Positions 1-12,094 of a stretch of DNA of 64,000 bases are shown here, one piece after another. Where the stretch lies: the NCBI GenBank assembly GCA_037447605.1, contig CM074804.1, forward strand, positions 3,325,909-3,389,908. The letters are read 5' to 3'. A program made the position numbers and the translations under genes. A model generated the notes under the pieces. The model was not told the origin of the DNA. It made no database searches and worked only from the letters and a program-made list of their open reading frames with translations. Every line of letters begins with the position of its first letter. Positions within the stretch are counted from its first letter, which is position 1. Source of the DNA: Zygnema circumcarinatum SAG 698-1b (taxonomy: Eukaryota > Plantae > Zygnematophyceae).

Positions 1-388
1 ACAGATCTAAGGTCGGCCTTTGAAAATGTGAAGGTGGGTGAATCCTGACGACTCGACTGCATGCATATGTGCCTTGCAGCGTAGATCCCTTTCTTCACTT
101 TTCTGAGGCATTTTCACTCAGGTCTATTGACAACCTTCGAATGGTCAGCTCAAACGTCTTTGTGCTCGTTCTGAAACTTTGGACATTTTTTTATTCAAAC
201 AGGCGGAGGTGGAAGTGAAAGCGAAGGACTTGAAGCAGGCGGAAGCGAGTGTGGCTGCGCTGAAGAAGCAGACCCATGGTCTGCAGTTGGAGTATGACCG
301 CTTGCTCGATGACAACAGTGGTCTCAGAGCACAGCTCTCCATTCTCAGCCGGGAATACTCCAGTTCAGATGATAAGAAAATGCATTAA
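1..388 (+). CDS. BAP31: B-cell receptor-associated protein 31-like ER membrane protein, last two exons (1-33 and 203-388); 5' part outside window
   Basis: Phase-0 GT/AG join (..ENVK|AEVEVKAKDLKQAEASVAALKKQTHGLQLEYDRLLDDN..). The coiled coil with LEYDRLL matches plant BAP29/31, and the C-terminus KKMH* is a KKxx ER-retrieval signal. Confidence 0.85.
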
Positions 389-689
389 GAGGAGTTTCAG
401 AAAAGAGAAAGACCGTGATAGGAAGCAGAAGGAGTAGGTTTGGCGCCTTTTCATATGAGGGGTTGGAGCTGACGGTTTTCTTTGACCGAGGCTGCGCCTG
501 CTTGTTTGGTTTAGAATGTACGTGAATGGTAGTTGTTCATAAGGTAGATGGTTAACTCTCTTTTTTTTTATTTGAGATTTGAGTTCTATTTTCAAGCCTG
601 CATGTTTTTATCCATGTAGTTTGTTGACGAGGCTATCATCGTTTGCATTTGATCATTCGATGATTCTTCATACAGAGCAGGAGTGCGTT

Positions 690-3600
690 TCAGGGTCTTT
701 GCGAGCTCTTCTTCTCGAGAGCTATGGCTGTTTGGTACGGAGGGGCGATCGGCGGCTGCACTGGCGGCAGCCTCCGGTACCTCTCCTCGACCTCCCCTCT
801 GCCTCTCTCGGGAAGGTGGAGCGGATACGATTGGTCCGCGTCATATCCGCTCAAATCTCCGCACGCCAAAAAGGGGATGAGCGCACGGTGCGGCCCGTCG
901 AAGCCTGCACTGCAGCAGTCTGCAACAGCAGCACAGAGGGGGCGTTTGAAAACATGGACACGCTCTGCACGAGCTCTTTGTTCCTTTCTTTTGGAAAATT
1001 TCTTTTCCACAAGTCGGTTTCAATTGGAGCATGCTCCATCGCTTATGCGAACTGAAATAGGAAAACGGGGAGACGGAGCTGACCGAGATCGGGGGAGGCG
1101 GCGGAGGTTTGCGCGAGCAGAGTCTGCAGCAGAGAAGGGTCGAATCCGTCGGGCGGCCGATAGCCCTCACACACTACGAAGGCCTCTGAGCAAAGGAGGC
1201 ATTCTCACACTCATTTTCAGCACTTGCATGGTGTCAGGCAGATGCCTCTTCCTCTCTCTCCTTCTCCCTCACCCCCTCTCTTTTTCTCCCCCTCAATACG
1301 GAGAGGTAGAGGTGAAACACAACATGAGTGTGTAAAGCACGGACGCTCTTACAAGGGAATTCACACTGAAACAGGAAAAGTTACTTTCAGTGGTGAGCGG
1401 ATGAGGGAGAGATATTCGAAAGACAATAGAGAGTGGGTCGGAAAGATGCGCTCACCAATACTGGAATTGCGGCTGCTCTTTGGCTTTGCGCAAGTGACTT
1501 GCGGGAAAAACATTTTGAGCTGCCCGACACATGCAACGTCGACAGAGAAGCAGGCTTCATGGTGAATGTCCACCTTTAACTTTCTTTTGCCTATATCTTT
1601 TGCATTTTCCCTTTGCAAATGCAAAATGCAAGTTGGGTTATTGGAGCTACGAGTGTTCTCACCTGGGAATACAGCAAGCTTATGTCTTTTCCGCGGAAAA
1701 CTTTGGCTACAAAGGTGCCTCCGGGGCGTAAAATGTGCGTCACGATAGTCAATGCCTGCACAACGGGGCCTCTGCCAGAGCGTTAAAATTTGCTCAACTG
1801 GCCCTTCTTTTTCAACGACAACTGTCCTTCGCATCGCTAAGCAGAGAGGAGAGGAGAGGAGAGGAGAGAGGCGAGAAAACTGGATGGTAGAAATAAGAAA
1901 GAGCGTTTACCGCAAGAATGAGCTGTGACTGCACAAACTCATCCATGTCATGAAGACCTGTCACTGCGGCCGAAGAAAAACAGTAATTAGAAAAGCAGGT
2001 CAAGGGGGAAGGAGCTCCCCTTGGTCTCTTCTATTAGTACTCTACAGAGCACTACGTATTCATTTTGTTTCGAAGACCAACGTGAGAAATTGCAGAAAAA
2101 AAATTCGAGCGAAGCTGCATGTACATAAAAGGTGACACAGAAGGTCGGCACGACGTTATGACATCTTTGAGCAAAGTAATAAAATGTTGAAGGACACTCT
2201 TTGACAAAAGCAGAGCATAACGTACCATCCGGGGCTCCATCGCAAACGACAAGATCCGCCTTCCCACCATCAAAGTGCTGAATAACCTGAAAGCAATGTA
2301 AAGCCAAGACGACAAAAGCAAACCCTTAGGTTCTGCCTGCTCACCGGCTGTCTCTCAAAGTTGATCTTAAAATAAAAAATCAAGTGACTTGCGGGGCTTA
2401 GACCTAAAACAAAAACAATTGATTGATCTTCAACTGTAACTCTTAGTTCACGGAGAGGTCAACATTGCAAGCAAGCCCCCTGTTCCTTGTCTGGTGGATC
2501 CACCAGACAAGGGTCTGAGCTGTTTACCAGCTGCGCCGTGCGGACGCTGGTGATGTCTCCTTGGATCTGCAGCACTCCCTCTATGGGAGCCATGGGCTGC
2601 AGATCAATGGCCACAATAAGGGGAAGATCTGCTGTAGCCCTGCCAAGACCTCACACTGCAAAGTCAGCCACTGCAGCTACTTCCAATATGGTCGAGCTAA
2701 CTGCAGCTCAACTCCAAATAAGACATTCTAAACAGAGAATGCCTCCGAGCTAGAGTTTTGCCTTCGTATTGTCCTTTCAACGGGGCAAAGGAGCAAGGCT
2801 CGTTCTGGGAAGGAGATTAGGTTATTAAGGAGTGGCAGGGTATGCAGGGCCCAAGCTCACTTCTGCGAAGCAACTGCCTTTGCTGGAGCATATACTCGAC
2901 GGCTCAGCACCTGTCGGCAACAGGACTTTGAGGATTCAGCATCTCAACTTCACCGAGAGCAGGCAAGGAAGACCTGCCCTCGTGAGAAGGCGCAACATAG
3001 CCCGGGCATACACAGAATGCTGCCTTATGATCCCCACACTTTCTTCATCTGCCTTATATCTCTGCCCTCTTAGTTGCATCAAACTGAGCAATCATCGTTG
3101 AGCATGCTCTGAAAGCAGGGATAGTGATTTGCCTGACTCCAGCTTCCAGGAGCTGCACACAAGTCCACCACACGCTTCACTCCTGTATGCACAGAATGTT
3201 GGTGGTCAGATGCAGGCTATCCATCAGCTGCAAACTTCCTGCTAATATTATCTCCGCTGCTACGTTGGATGCCAGCATGCATAACAACTCCATGAAGACT
3301 ATAGTTAGCCGCATAGCGTCTTGTAACAGTGTGACATTATGGCGGAAGCTATAGGGCTAAGTAATCGGACCTTCCAAAATGCCGAACTCATCATCAATCT
3401 GCAGAAGCTTGAAAGCACTTCTCGCACGCCAGCCTTCTTCCTTTGCCTTGCGATAGTAAATATCCTGCTTGACCCAAAAGCGAGAGCACTGGCCTGCTGA
3501 GCTCAATTTGGATGAACAAAAGGGTGCTGAAAATAATGTATTCTAGTTTTACTTTGCTGATTCTTCGCACCTGCATAATTTAAAGCGTACCTTTACAGAT

Positions 3601-4471
3601 GCTTAAGGACTGGGCATAAATGGAAAGACATCATGTAGCTTTCTACATTCACTTGGCACTATCTTGTGGATGACGTTGATAAGAACTGAGATAAAGACCC
3701 CATTTTACCCAACTAGATACTTAACCTCAGCATCCAATACAGTAAAAACCCCTAAATGGTTAGCCTCTATAAAGTTACAATTCACATTAACTAATTGAAA
3801 GTTATAGGGCTAAGGTGGGCGCAACCCTTAAAAGTTTCAAGCAATACCGTCCCTTATACTCCATTGAAGCCCATTACTACCTGATAAAGAAAAACTTAAA
3901 GCTGTATTACTGTAAAGTTGTGTATCCTCAAAGTCGAAGGTCAGCACACTCTCGAAAGCTGACGTGCGTTTTCTTCGTCTTTAGAGCTATTTAGAATCTT
4001 AACGCTAAAATCTCGAAGCATAGAATCGTAGTCTGTCTAAATTTATCAATCCTTTCAATATTGAAAAACACATTATCATAAACTTGAGGGGCCACTCCCG
4101 CCACTGTAGGGATTCTGTTGTAAACAAAGTATACAAACTCAACATCTTCTGCAAAACCTGTTAAACTTTTCTCTGTGTATCATTAGCATTAGAACTGTAT
4201 CCGAAGCAAGACTTACCCAAACCTACGCGATAAACAGCATATTTCATTGCAAAGAAAGACCCTTCTCTACCCTGGAAAAACTGAAAGTTCCTGAAAAGTT
4301 TAAAGAGACTTCAAGAATCGTTTCCACTTGAGCTTCCATCCTCCCTGCAGTGAAGAAGAAATGCAATATGTAGGGTTTCAGGTGTAGCGTGCAGGGTGCA
4401 GGGTATAGGGTTTACGGTTTAGGATGAAGGGCTTAAGGCCTCACCCTTTTGTCTTTCGAATTCTTTCCCAT
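690..4471 (-). CDS. TRM7: tRNA (cytidine32/guanosine34-2'-O)-methyltransferase, FtsJ/TRM7 family, multi-exon
   Basis: Spliced exons read MGKNSKDKR|[24 protein letters not shown]|[17 protein letters not shown]|VLSRR..|[19 protein letters not shown]|[11 protein letters not shown]|[18 protein letters not shown]|..[11 protein letters not shown]|EAFVVC..|[30 protein letters not shown]. These are the diagnostic TRM7 motifs. Exon 1 is 4445-4471. Confidence 0.95.
1843..1871. repeat. (AGAGG)n microsatellite in a TRM7 intron
   Basis: Four perfect AGAGG units at 1845-1864 plus partial units. Confidence 0.8.
4371..4440 (+). repeat. Degenerate 7-nt telomere-like array (TAGGGTT consensus, i.e. TTTAGGG) at the 5' end of TRM7 intron 1
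   Basis: Parses as tagggtt tcaggtg tagcgtg cagggtg cagggta tagggtt tacggtt taggatg aagggct taaggcc. Confidence 0.65.
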
Positions 4472-5868
4472 GGCAGACTTTATCAAAGCGCACGCCTGAG
4501 AGTCCCTCTTCTCAGGCTGCTCAGGAGCCGCACGGCAGCCACAGACGAAGATTTCAAGTCAGCGAAGTCGGCTAATTTGACCAGTCGAAGGAGAGCACTG
4601 CCGGGACAAGTTCGGAGCAGCGGGCGCATCACCACACTTTAGTGCCAATTGCTTTGCAGAAGGAGAAGCATCTCAAAGGGGGGTTGTGATTCCGGCAACA
4701 CGCGCAACCAACGCATATCTAGTGCGAGTTGAATGGGAGTGCATCGCCTGATCTTGATTCGAGTGCTTGCTCAAGCGAGGGATCAACCGGCTCCAGCAGC
4801 GCCCCCGAACGCGCAGCTCTGAACAAGGCCACGGCTTGCAGGCCGCGCGTTTCACTCCAAGACCCTAAAGCAGTAGTACTACTACAGCAGCTTCCGAAAA
4901 AATCCGAAGAAAAAAAAAAAAAAAAGCGAATCATAAAGGCTGTGATCTAGTTTTTAGAAGCTATGGAATTAAAATTCGTATGTTAATACTAATGTTTTAG
5001 TGCATCACGGAAGGCAGTACTGCAGCAATTTGTAGTAGTCCAACGGGAGGAGACTGTCATCTGCCTTCTTCTTTCTCCCTCTTCAACGAGGGATTGGCTT
5101 GGTAATGTGTCGCGAATGTATGCAGAGAGGTAGAGAAGAGAAGAAGTGGGAAGGCATCTATCATCGCAGACATTATTCATGTCGGCACTCAGCAAGGGAA
5201 CTTTACTAAAAAAAAAAATTCTAATAGGAACATATCAAGATTACGCCTCGAGATGGTTCCAATGTTTGACTTTGCCCTGCTCGAGTTCAGAGCTTGTTCT
5301 TTCCATGTGATGCCCGCCACAAGGCGCACCTTTTAGAACAACAAATAGGAAAAACAAGGACCACATTTGCTCAATGGCGAAAACGCTCTGCAAAGCCCAT
5401 CCCACATCTAGAGCGCAAGCAAATGCTGTAAAATTGGGAACCTGAGTTATCGTAGAGATAAACACACATCAAGATCAATTACTTGGACACTTTTTATTTT
5501 TTTCTTCTTTATTTTCGCTTTCTCCTTCCGGCGCCGAGTTGGCGCTAACAGGCATTTCCTGCACCTGTTTTGACCGATTCGCCGAAAATCTGAGGCCACT
5601 CCAATAACCTTTGAAGTTTGGCTACGGAAACCAGCATTACCGTATATACATTTTGAACATGATTCAGGTTCTGCTCATATACAAGCAATCGAAATACTTC
5701 TGGATCCTATGACGTTTGTTCAGTTTTCCTTTCCAGAGGAAACGTACATAAAATTGTTTAGCCTTTGTTCACACACTTACAAGATGCCCTACAACAGAGA
5801 ATATATACTTGATAATTCATTACTGAGATCAGTAAAACTGGGCGGTCCACCTTGCACCTTCAAAACAA

Positions 5869-8800
5869 TCAGGGCCCAATGCTCCGTGCAGAGCATGTGC
5901 GCGGCGTTGCCAGGAAGCGGCCCAGCGAATGCTCAGAAGTGGCATACGGCGCAAACCCAAGCTGCGGCCGAGCATCCATGGCATCTGATACCTCTCCCCG
6001 AATGGAGCCAAAATCAGGATGCATTGGCTGCATTGGCGCATGGCTCTGAGGAGATGGCTGCGCTCTCATGAACAGCACCATGTTTGCCTCTCGGGGGCCG
6101 CCCAAGTCGTGCTCCATGACATCATATGTCTGTTTGAAGCAGCCCCCCCCCACACCCCCACCAAGCTTCGAATGGTATTGAAGTCAACCTATTTGCAGCG
6201 TGGCACTATGGCAATGAACGACGTTTCTTGCCTGCGGCTACGCAAGCAAAAGGCAAATGAATGACACCACCGGGACTGTTAGTTCCATAGGTCACATTCT
6301 TCTACCATCAAACCCCTCTCACCTGCAGAGGAGGCATTGCGCTATGGAGATGCAGGTAGGATGCACCGTCTCGTTCTTGGCCTTCTGAATCGAGAGAATG
6401 ATGAAACGTGCGTGGCAGTGGCCGGATGGAACCTACTGGAATCGGCGATCCATCGGCTCCACCATGAGGTTGTTCGAACTGCTTCAACCCAAGCCCAAAA
6501 CCGAGATACACTTCATTGTGCATTTCGAGCAGCTCTATCCTTGACCTGCATATGCTGTCCATTGCATAATGCCACAAGCTCCTTAAACATCGTAGGGATT
6601 AGACAGCCGGAAAAGACAAAAAACCACAAATCCTTTCCAAAAGCCGCTCTCGACTTCTTTTAAGTCGCTCCACAAACCACAATTATCTTGCCAGATTTGA
6701 GTTTGACTTTGACCTCCACTCTGATCATTCTCTGACCTGCAGAAAAGATGCCTGCTCCCCTCGATGACTTGGTAGTCCTGTCTGATGTCTGTACATGCCA
6801 GTGTGCTCCTGTCCTTCTCCCGAAACGTCATAATCCCGAACCATATCTACCTGCGGCATTGGCTGACATAGGATTAAGGATCGCTCCTTTTCCGCCATCA
6901 TGGGCCCTCCCATTCCCAGCCCAAACTGCACCCTTGCGTCCTGCCAAACTGAAGGTGACCCATACTCCTGTGTTCGCATCTGTTGTCCTCGAAAATCTTC
7001 CTGCATCACATGTGCCACGTGGGCTCTCTGCAACTGGCCTCTCTGCTGTTCACTTCTATCCGTTTCAGGCAGCTGTTCCTCCACATAACTCGGTCCGTCA
7101 TACTCCATCTGCTGCACTTGCAAAAGCTCGCCAGTCTGCTGAGCATGCAGTTCCGTCTGTTGCTTCTTAGTAGAAGTTGCCTTTGCCCTGCTCATTGTGC
7201 CATTGGCCTTCGCCTGGATAGAGGTCTTGCCCTTGCGGCTCCTTTTTGACTTCTTAACTACCTTTGCTTTAGGAGCACCATGTGACGTAACCTCTGGCCC
7301 GTGATTTGCTCTATCCATTACCTGAGCCTCTTTCTCCAGCTGAACAAGTTCCAATCCTGCCTCATCCACGCAGTAGAAGTTCCCTGCCGGACCCACATAT
7401 GTGATGGGCTGCTCTGCAGTTTCTGGGTTTCCATTATCTGAAGCAGCCGTGAGTGGCGGTGGCTCTCCTGGTTGAGCCTCTTTTCGCATCAGTATCTGCT
7501 TTTCAAAACGATCAATTGCCTGCAGATGCCACCAGAAGATGAACTTGCAGGTCCAGTTATTCATGCACATAATTAACATGCAAGCCAAGCTTGAAGTCGA
7601 GTCGGCCAGTCATGTAATTGTAATGCAACCTCCGAGTTCAACCGCCAGATATCCTCTTACGTATCTTTCAAATAAGAGCTCAAGCTGCAAACTTCTCCTT
7701 TGAACCTTCTCCTTTCTCCATAGTAAACTTCCCTCCTTGTACCAGCAAAGGTTTCATCAAAAGGCAGACAAAAGAGTGAGCTTTCCACCTTAAGCGATGG
7801 TACAAACTCGGTGATTTTGGCTGTGCGAAGGAGATGCTTGCCATGGCCTTCTCCAACGTTCATGGGTCCTCGCATAGCTTCTAGCACAGCTGCCGCACAG
7901 CTCTGCCTCTTAAGCCTCGAAAAATAACGCATCTCTGCCTCCGAATACTAGCAACCACCAAAACACATTGTCGAAACAGCAGTTTAGTATCTCAAAACTG
8001 TGATGCAAGAAAGAAAAAATCAACACTTTCGAGCAGTTCACCAGCTTGGCTAAGTATGGCTTTTGACACAATATCAAAGTGAATGGAAAGGGAGAGCAAT
8101 TCCTGCACCAACGCCCTACGAAGTGTAGCCAGTAAGCTAATGGCAACTGCCAAAGACAAGTAAATTTTTAAGACCAGGCAAACATAGACAGAGGCCATAG
8201 ACAGCTAAATAGAAGTGTACGTGTTATAAAAAAAGGGCAACAAAAATTACAAATGGCGATGCTAGCCCAATCTGGCAGAATCCTGACGAGAAAACGTCTC
8301 TCAGTAAAGAAGGCAAGTTTCAATGATACGGCCATTCTTCTTTCAGTCGATTTCTTCGTGAAAAAAATCCCGTCCAGCTCAGTTTGACACATGCTAGTTA
8401 GCACATGGACCACCATCTCACCTGAAGTTGATTGGTGTACACTTTGTTGCAATTTACTGCGAGGCTGACCAGTCGATGAAAGCGAATGGATCCAAGTGGC
8501 AATGAACCTGGCCCACTAATTCCAAAGAAAGAAAATCAGACGTGACTTTTAAAGTGTAAGACGACACCAAGTAATTTCAACAATAGACTTGCACTGGCAG
8601 CAGTTCCAAAGCAGATGTGACTTTTTCTGCGCTTCCGCATACTGAAAAAAGAGAAGTACGATTGCTTGGCTGTTTCCAACACACCAAAAAAGAAAAAAAA
8701 AGGTGGAGATAGCCCTGACATTCCCTGCTTCGGAAAAATCCATGCTAAACTTCAGCGATGGACCCCCAAATAGTGAGGGTCAACCCAGCGACTTGCTGCT

Positions 8801-10600
8801 CTGCAGCTCTATCAAAGACACAACGGTGCACAAAATCCTTTTTCCTTCCTTTCATCTCCCACCAGTCTTCATCCAATATTGCCCATCCACCCTTCTCCTC
8901 CCCTGTCTTACAAACGATCGAAGCCACCCCATTGGATGACTTGCAACTCGAACTGCCCAAAGGCTTAGGCTGCCTACCTGATAGCATGGAGTCTGCCAGT
9001 AGACTCAGGATGTCCGGCAGGTCGTTGTTGGAACAGAGCTTCGAGACGGCCTTATATTTTTCGAGAATGTGCTTCTCTGCTAGCAAGTCCTTCACATTTT
9101 CGTATTGCTGCTGGAGCGCCTGTTTTGCTGTTCTCAGGCGCCCTGCTACCTGAGTCCAATAAAACTTGAAGTGTGTCAGCAACTGTGCTGACAGGAAAGG
9201 TAAACTGAAGTTAAGAACTAATGCGCTGCGTTTTAAGCTTCAACAGCACACATTACAATAGAAAAAAATCCTTTCCAGACATGGTGATTTATTCTACACC
9301 GTGCCAGCCGATTTTAATTCAGCAGAAAAGAATGTGCCAAGAGCGCACTAAGTAGATTGATTTTCTCTTCCCGCATCATATTAACAAACATTAGCCATAG
9401 CTACAGTCTTGACTTAGCTTAGGACTTAAGTAGACTTATTTGCAACAGCAAACTTACCTTTTGCGATTTCTTTAACTCAGAGGCCAAGTTCCTTATCCGC
9501 TCAAGGCGGTCCTCGGCTGACAGAGCCTTAGCAGGGACCCGAGAATGTGCAGCAGTTGAAAGTGGTCGTTCTGGTTCACCTGTGCCTCTCTTTCGTTTCT
9601 TCCCTGCTACTTTAATCTTCTCCATATCACAGACGGTATCGTCTTCTCCGCCAAGATTCTCTTTCCTCAATATAATTCCTCTGCTTAATACAGTTGAACT
9701 TTTTGCCCTGATAAGGTCCTTCATCCTCGCTGGTTTAGAAATCTGAGAGGAATCTCGACATTGACGATGAACTCCTTCCCCATCACTTACAAGCTCCCCT
9801 GATCTCCCCTCCCCTCCTACACCGTATTCCACTCCTCCATCCTCCTGTGAAATGTTCGAATGACCTGGACCTCCACCACGTTCACTTCCAGCAACCGTCC
9901 CTTCCACTTGATTCTGAAAAGCCTGTTCTCTGTCTCCGTCACCACCCAGCGAGTGTCCATTGACCAATATTGGGACACCACTTAAACCCGGCTCTTGCAC
10001 CCTCGGCTCCCCGGAATTATCGAATTCGTGCCCTGGATCAAGCTTCTGCCCTAGTTCATCCGCACTTCTGGATCCCAAATTTGCTAAATTCCCAATTTCT
10101 CTCACCTCGAAATTGCTACATTCTTCTATAGGCGGCGACAGAGAAGTGCCATTTGAAGGTCCCCAACAATTCTCACCCCCCGGCCTTACAACATGTATCT
10201 CATCATCTAAGTTCTGCTCGCTCCCATCTATCTCGCTACCAGCTTTCTCTCCTTCCACAAATGCTGCCGTCTTTTCAGTCACAAGCGACACATCTTGGTA
10301 CATTCCCTGGCTAGGGGGAGCCAGCAAGCTTCCAATAAAAAAGTGATTTTCAGTACCAACATGAGTTAGGGTTGCCGGCGGATGATTCAGCTCTATTTGC
10401 AGGCCCGAGACGTTTCCTGAATTACCTGGCTCTCCAACTGCTTCAGCTTGCCGCTCCGCTCCGTTCCGTTTGGCTGACTTTACTCTCAACCGCTTGGACC
10501 CATTCCTGCTCCTTCCTGTTCGATTTTCTGCAGCTCCGCTCCCTCCAGAACACGCACCCTCTGTTGCAGGATCCAAAAATAAAGGTACACGCCGCGGCAT
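5869..10600 (-). CDS. Uncharacterised multi-exon protein: long disordered N-terminus with NLS-like KKRKR, coiled coil, helical segment resembling a transposase HTH, and a Q-rich tail; 3' end uncertain
   Basis: The 414-aa ORF 9419-10663 has its first ATG at 10600. Phase-compatible exons follow at 8978-9149, 8422-8507 and <=7947, then the 287-aa ORF 6725-7588. Exons below about 6700 are not resolved. Confidence 0.55.
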
Positions 10601-10692
10601 TTCGACAGAAAAACGATGGCACCACAATAGGAAACTCAGAAGAGCGAGACAATTAAAAAACAAGAGGGCGATATTCGGTTAATGCAACAGAA

Positions 10693-11050
10693 GAAACAAG
10701 GAATGGCGACTCCCTCGCTGATTTCCTAGCGCTCTGCAGCTTCTGTGCCCGAAGGCCATGCCAGTGCCTGCACGCGTGAGAGAGAGGTTCCATGGTGCAG
10801 TCAGTCACGGTCCGTCGATGCTGATGCTGCGATGCCTCATATCATGCATGCCTGCATGCCATGCCCATGTCCATACTGTACGAATTCCGTATCGTACCAT
10901 ACAGTACGGCTGGAGTGTACGGTCGATTGGCCGTTCATGAAATGGTTCGAGCCTGGAGTCGCGCGTCCAGCGGCACAAGGCCGGCCTGTCCTCCGGTATC
11001 CATCATTTGCTCTTTACTCCATCGTGAGATCAATGCCACTTCCTTGTTTC
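10693..11050. mobile_element. Candidate MITE-like element with imperfect ~15-bp terminal inverted repeats; the right end belongs to the dispersed repeat family
   Basis: gaaacaaggaatggc (10693-10707) pairs with gccacttccttgtttc (11035-11050). 11019-11045 is the exact reverse complement of 32218-32244. No TSD seen. Confidence 0.45.
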
Positions 11051-11470
11051 ATGCCGCGTTTCCAAATATAGCGTATCATGTTCTCGTTGAAAACACCAAC
11101 GAACGTGAAATTCACGCTAGTAGCCCAAAGTTGCTAGAAAGATAAGCAGCAAGTTTCATGTCTTACATAGCGATCATTACAGAAATCTTGAGCTGTGTTT
11201 TTTTCACTTATGTTGTAGAAATGAAACCCTCATGCAGCTTATTATGAAAAAAATGTGCGGAGACAATGACAACATGTACTAAACAGCAAGCAATGAATCT
11301 CCAGCACCGAAGGCGATCTAAGATGTATGCATGTTGTCATTGCTGCGAAGTGGTTTATATATGGACATCGTACACATTTACGTACAATAACAACCACAAA
11401 ATCTACACATGTACGAAATCATTCTTGTACACAGACACTCGACACCTGTACATACCAACGTCAGACAATA

Positions 11471-11574
11471 AGGGGAGAAATCTGCATTTACTCATGATGG
11501 CGATGCCATCAAATGTACGGTACACGGACGAGAGCAACAACATGGGGAACCACGAGAAACCGGTCGTAAAGGAC
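11471..11574 (+). repeat. Dispersed repeat family copy A
   Basis: Shares gatggcgat..gccatcaaatgtac and catggg.aaccacgagaaac.ggtcg.aaaggac with the copies at 32218 and 62216. Confidence 0.75.
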
Positions 11575-11757
11575 AACATGTTTCGAAGCGACAAAGACAA
11601 CTAGTCGACATGGATCAACAGCACCAAAACCTATCACGACCAGCGCCGCGCTGCGCATGCACAAGAACAACAACACGAACACAAGGAGAAAGTCTACGGC
11701 AACAGTGGGCGCCGGGCGGCCGAGTCCCGTACGGGTCGTACGGACACGAAGCACACT

Positions 11758-11791
11758 TTTCCCGCCCATTTTCGAGTGCAAAATTTGGCGC
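11758..11791 (+). promoter_or_regulatory. Two E2F-type sites in the WDHD1 promoter
   Basis: TTTCCCGC (11758-11765) and TTTGGCGC (11784-11791) match TTTSSCGC. They lie about 300 bp upstream of a replisome gene. Confidence 0.65.
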
Positions 11792-12094
11792 CCCCGCCCA
11801 ACCCGCACAACCCGCCCGCCCGCCCGCCCGCCACTCGCCTCCTTTTGAGGTAGCGTAGAAGCCTAGCGGGTCGCAGAGAGGCACTCGGGTCACTTCTGCG
11901 GTCAGTCAGCGCGGGGAGCTGACCTGCTTCCTCTCGCGCCTCCGCAATAGGACGAGCTCGATCTGGCTAGAGCAGACTACCTGCTGCCTTGCTCCAACTA
12001 TATCATTTTTTTTTTTTGTCACTCCAAATAGGGCGGATTTATACGCTTAGAGAGAAGTTGTGTGCCTCGCGCCTTTCGTACCGGCGACCCTGGA

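Noticed and set aside
4729-4950. Small ORF or poly(A)-tailed retroposon upstream of TRM7
   Set aside because: The ORF starts at TTG, its poly-Lys comes from an A homopolymer, no TSD was found, and similar homopolymers are common in the window.
5399-5495. snRNA or telomerase-RNA type promoter (USE-like ATCCCACATC)
   Set aside because: The TATA match is poor, a T-run would terminate a Pol III transcript after about 30 nt, and no recognisable snRNA follows.
6337-6663. ULTRAPETALA/SAND-like protein (RYGDAGR)
   Set aside because: Short chance match on the strand opposite the unknown gene; the Cys pattern is absent.
7525-7588. GRF zinc finger (WTCKFIFWW)
   Set aside because: It lies upstream of a good acceptor (CTGCAG|GCA), so it is probably intronic, and the other ligands are missing.
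10904-10960. tRNA or tRNA-derived SINE (B-box GGTTCGAGCC)
   Set aside because: No T-stem, D-stem or acceptor-stem pairing could be formed.
11266-11604. 112-aa plus-strand ORF
   Set aside because: AC-skewed intergenic sequence overlapping the dispersed repeat; the frame is not preserved in other copies.
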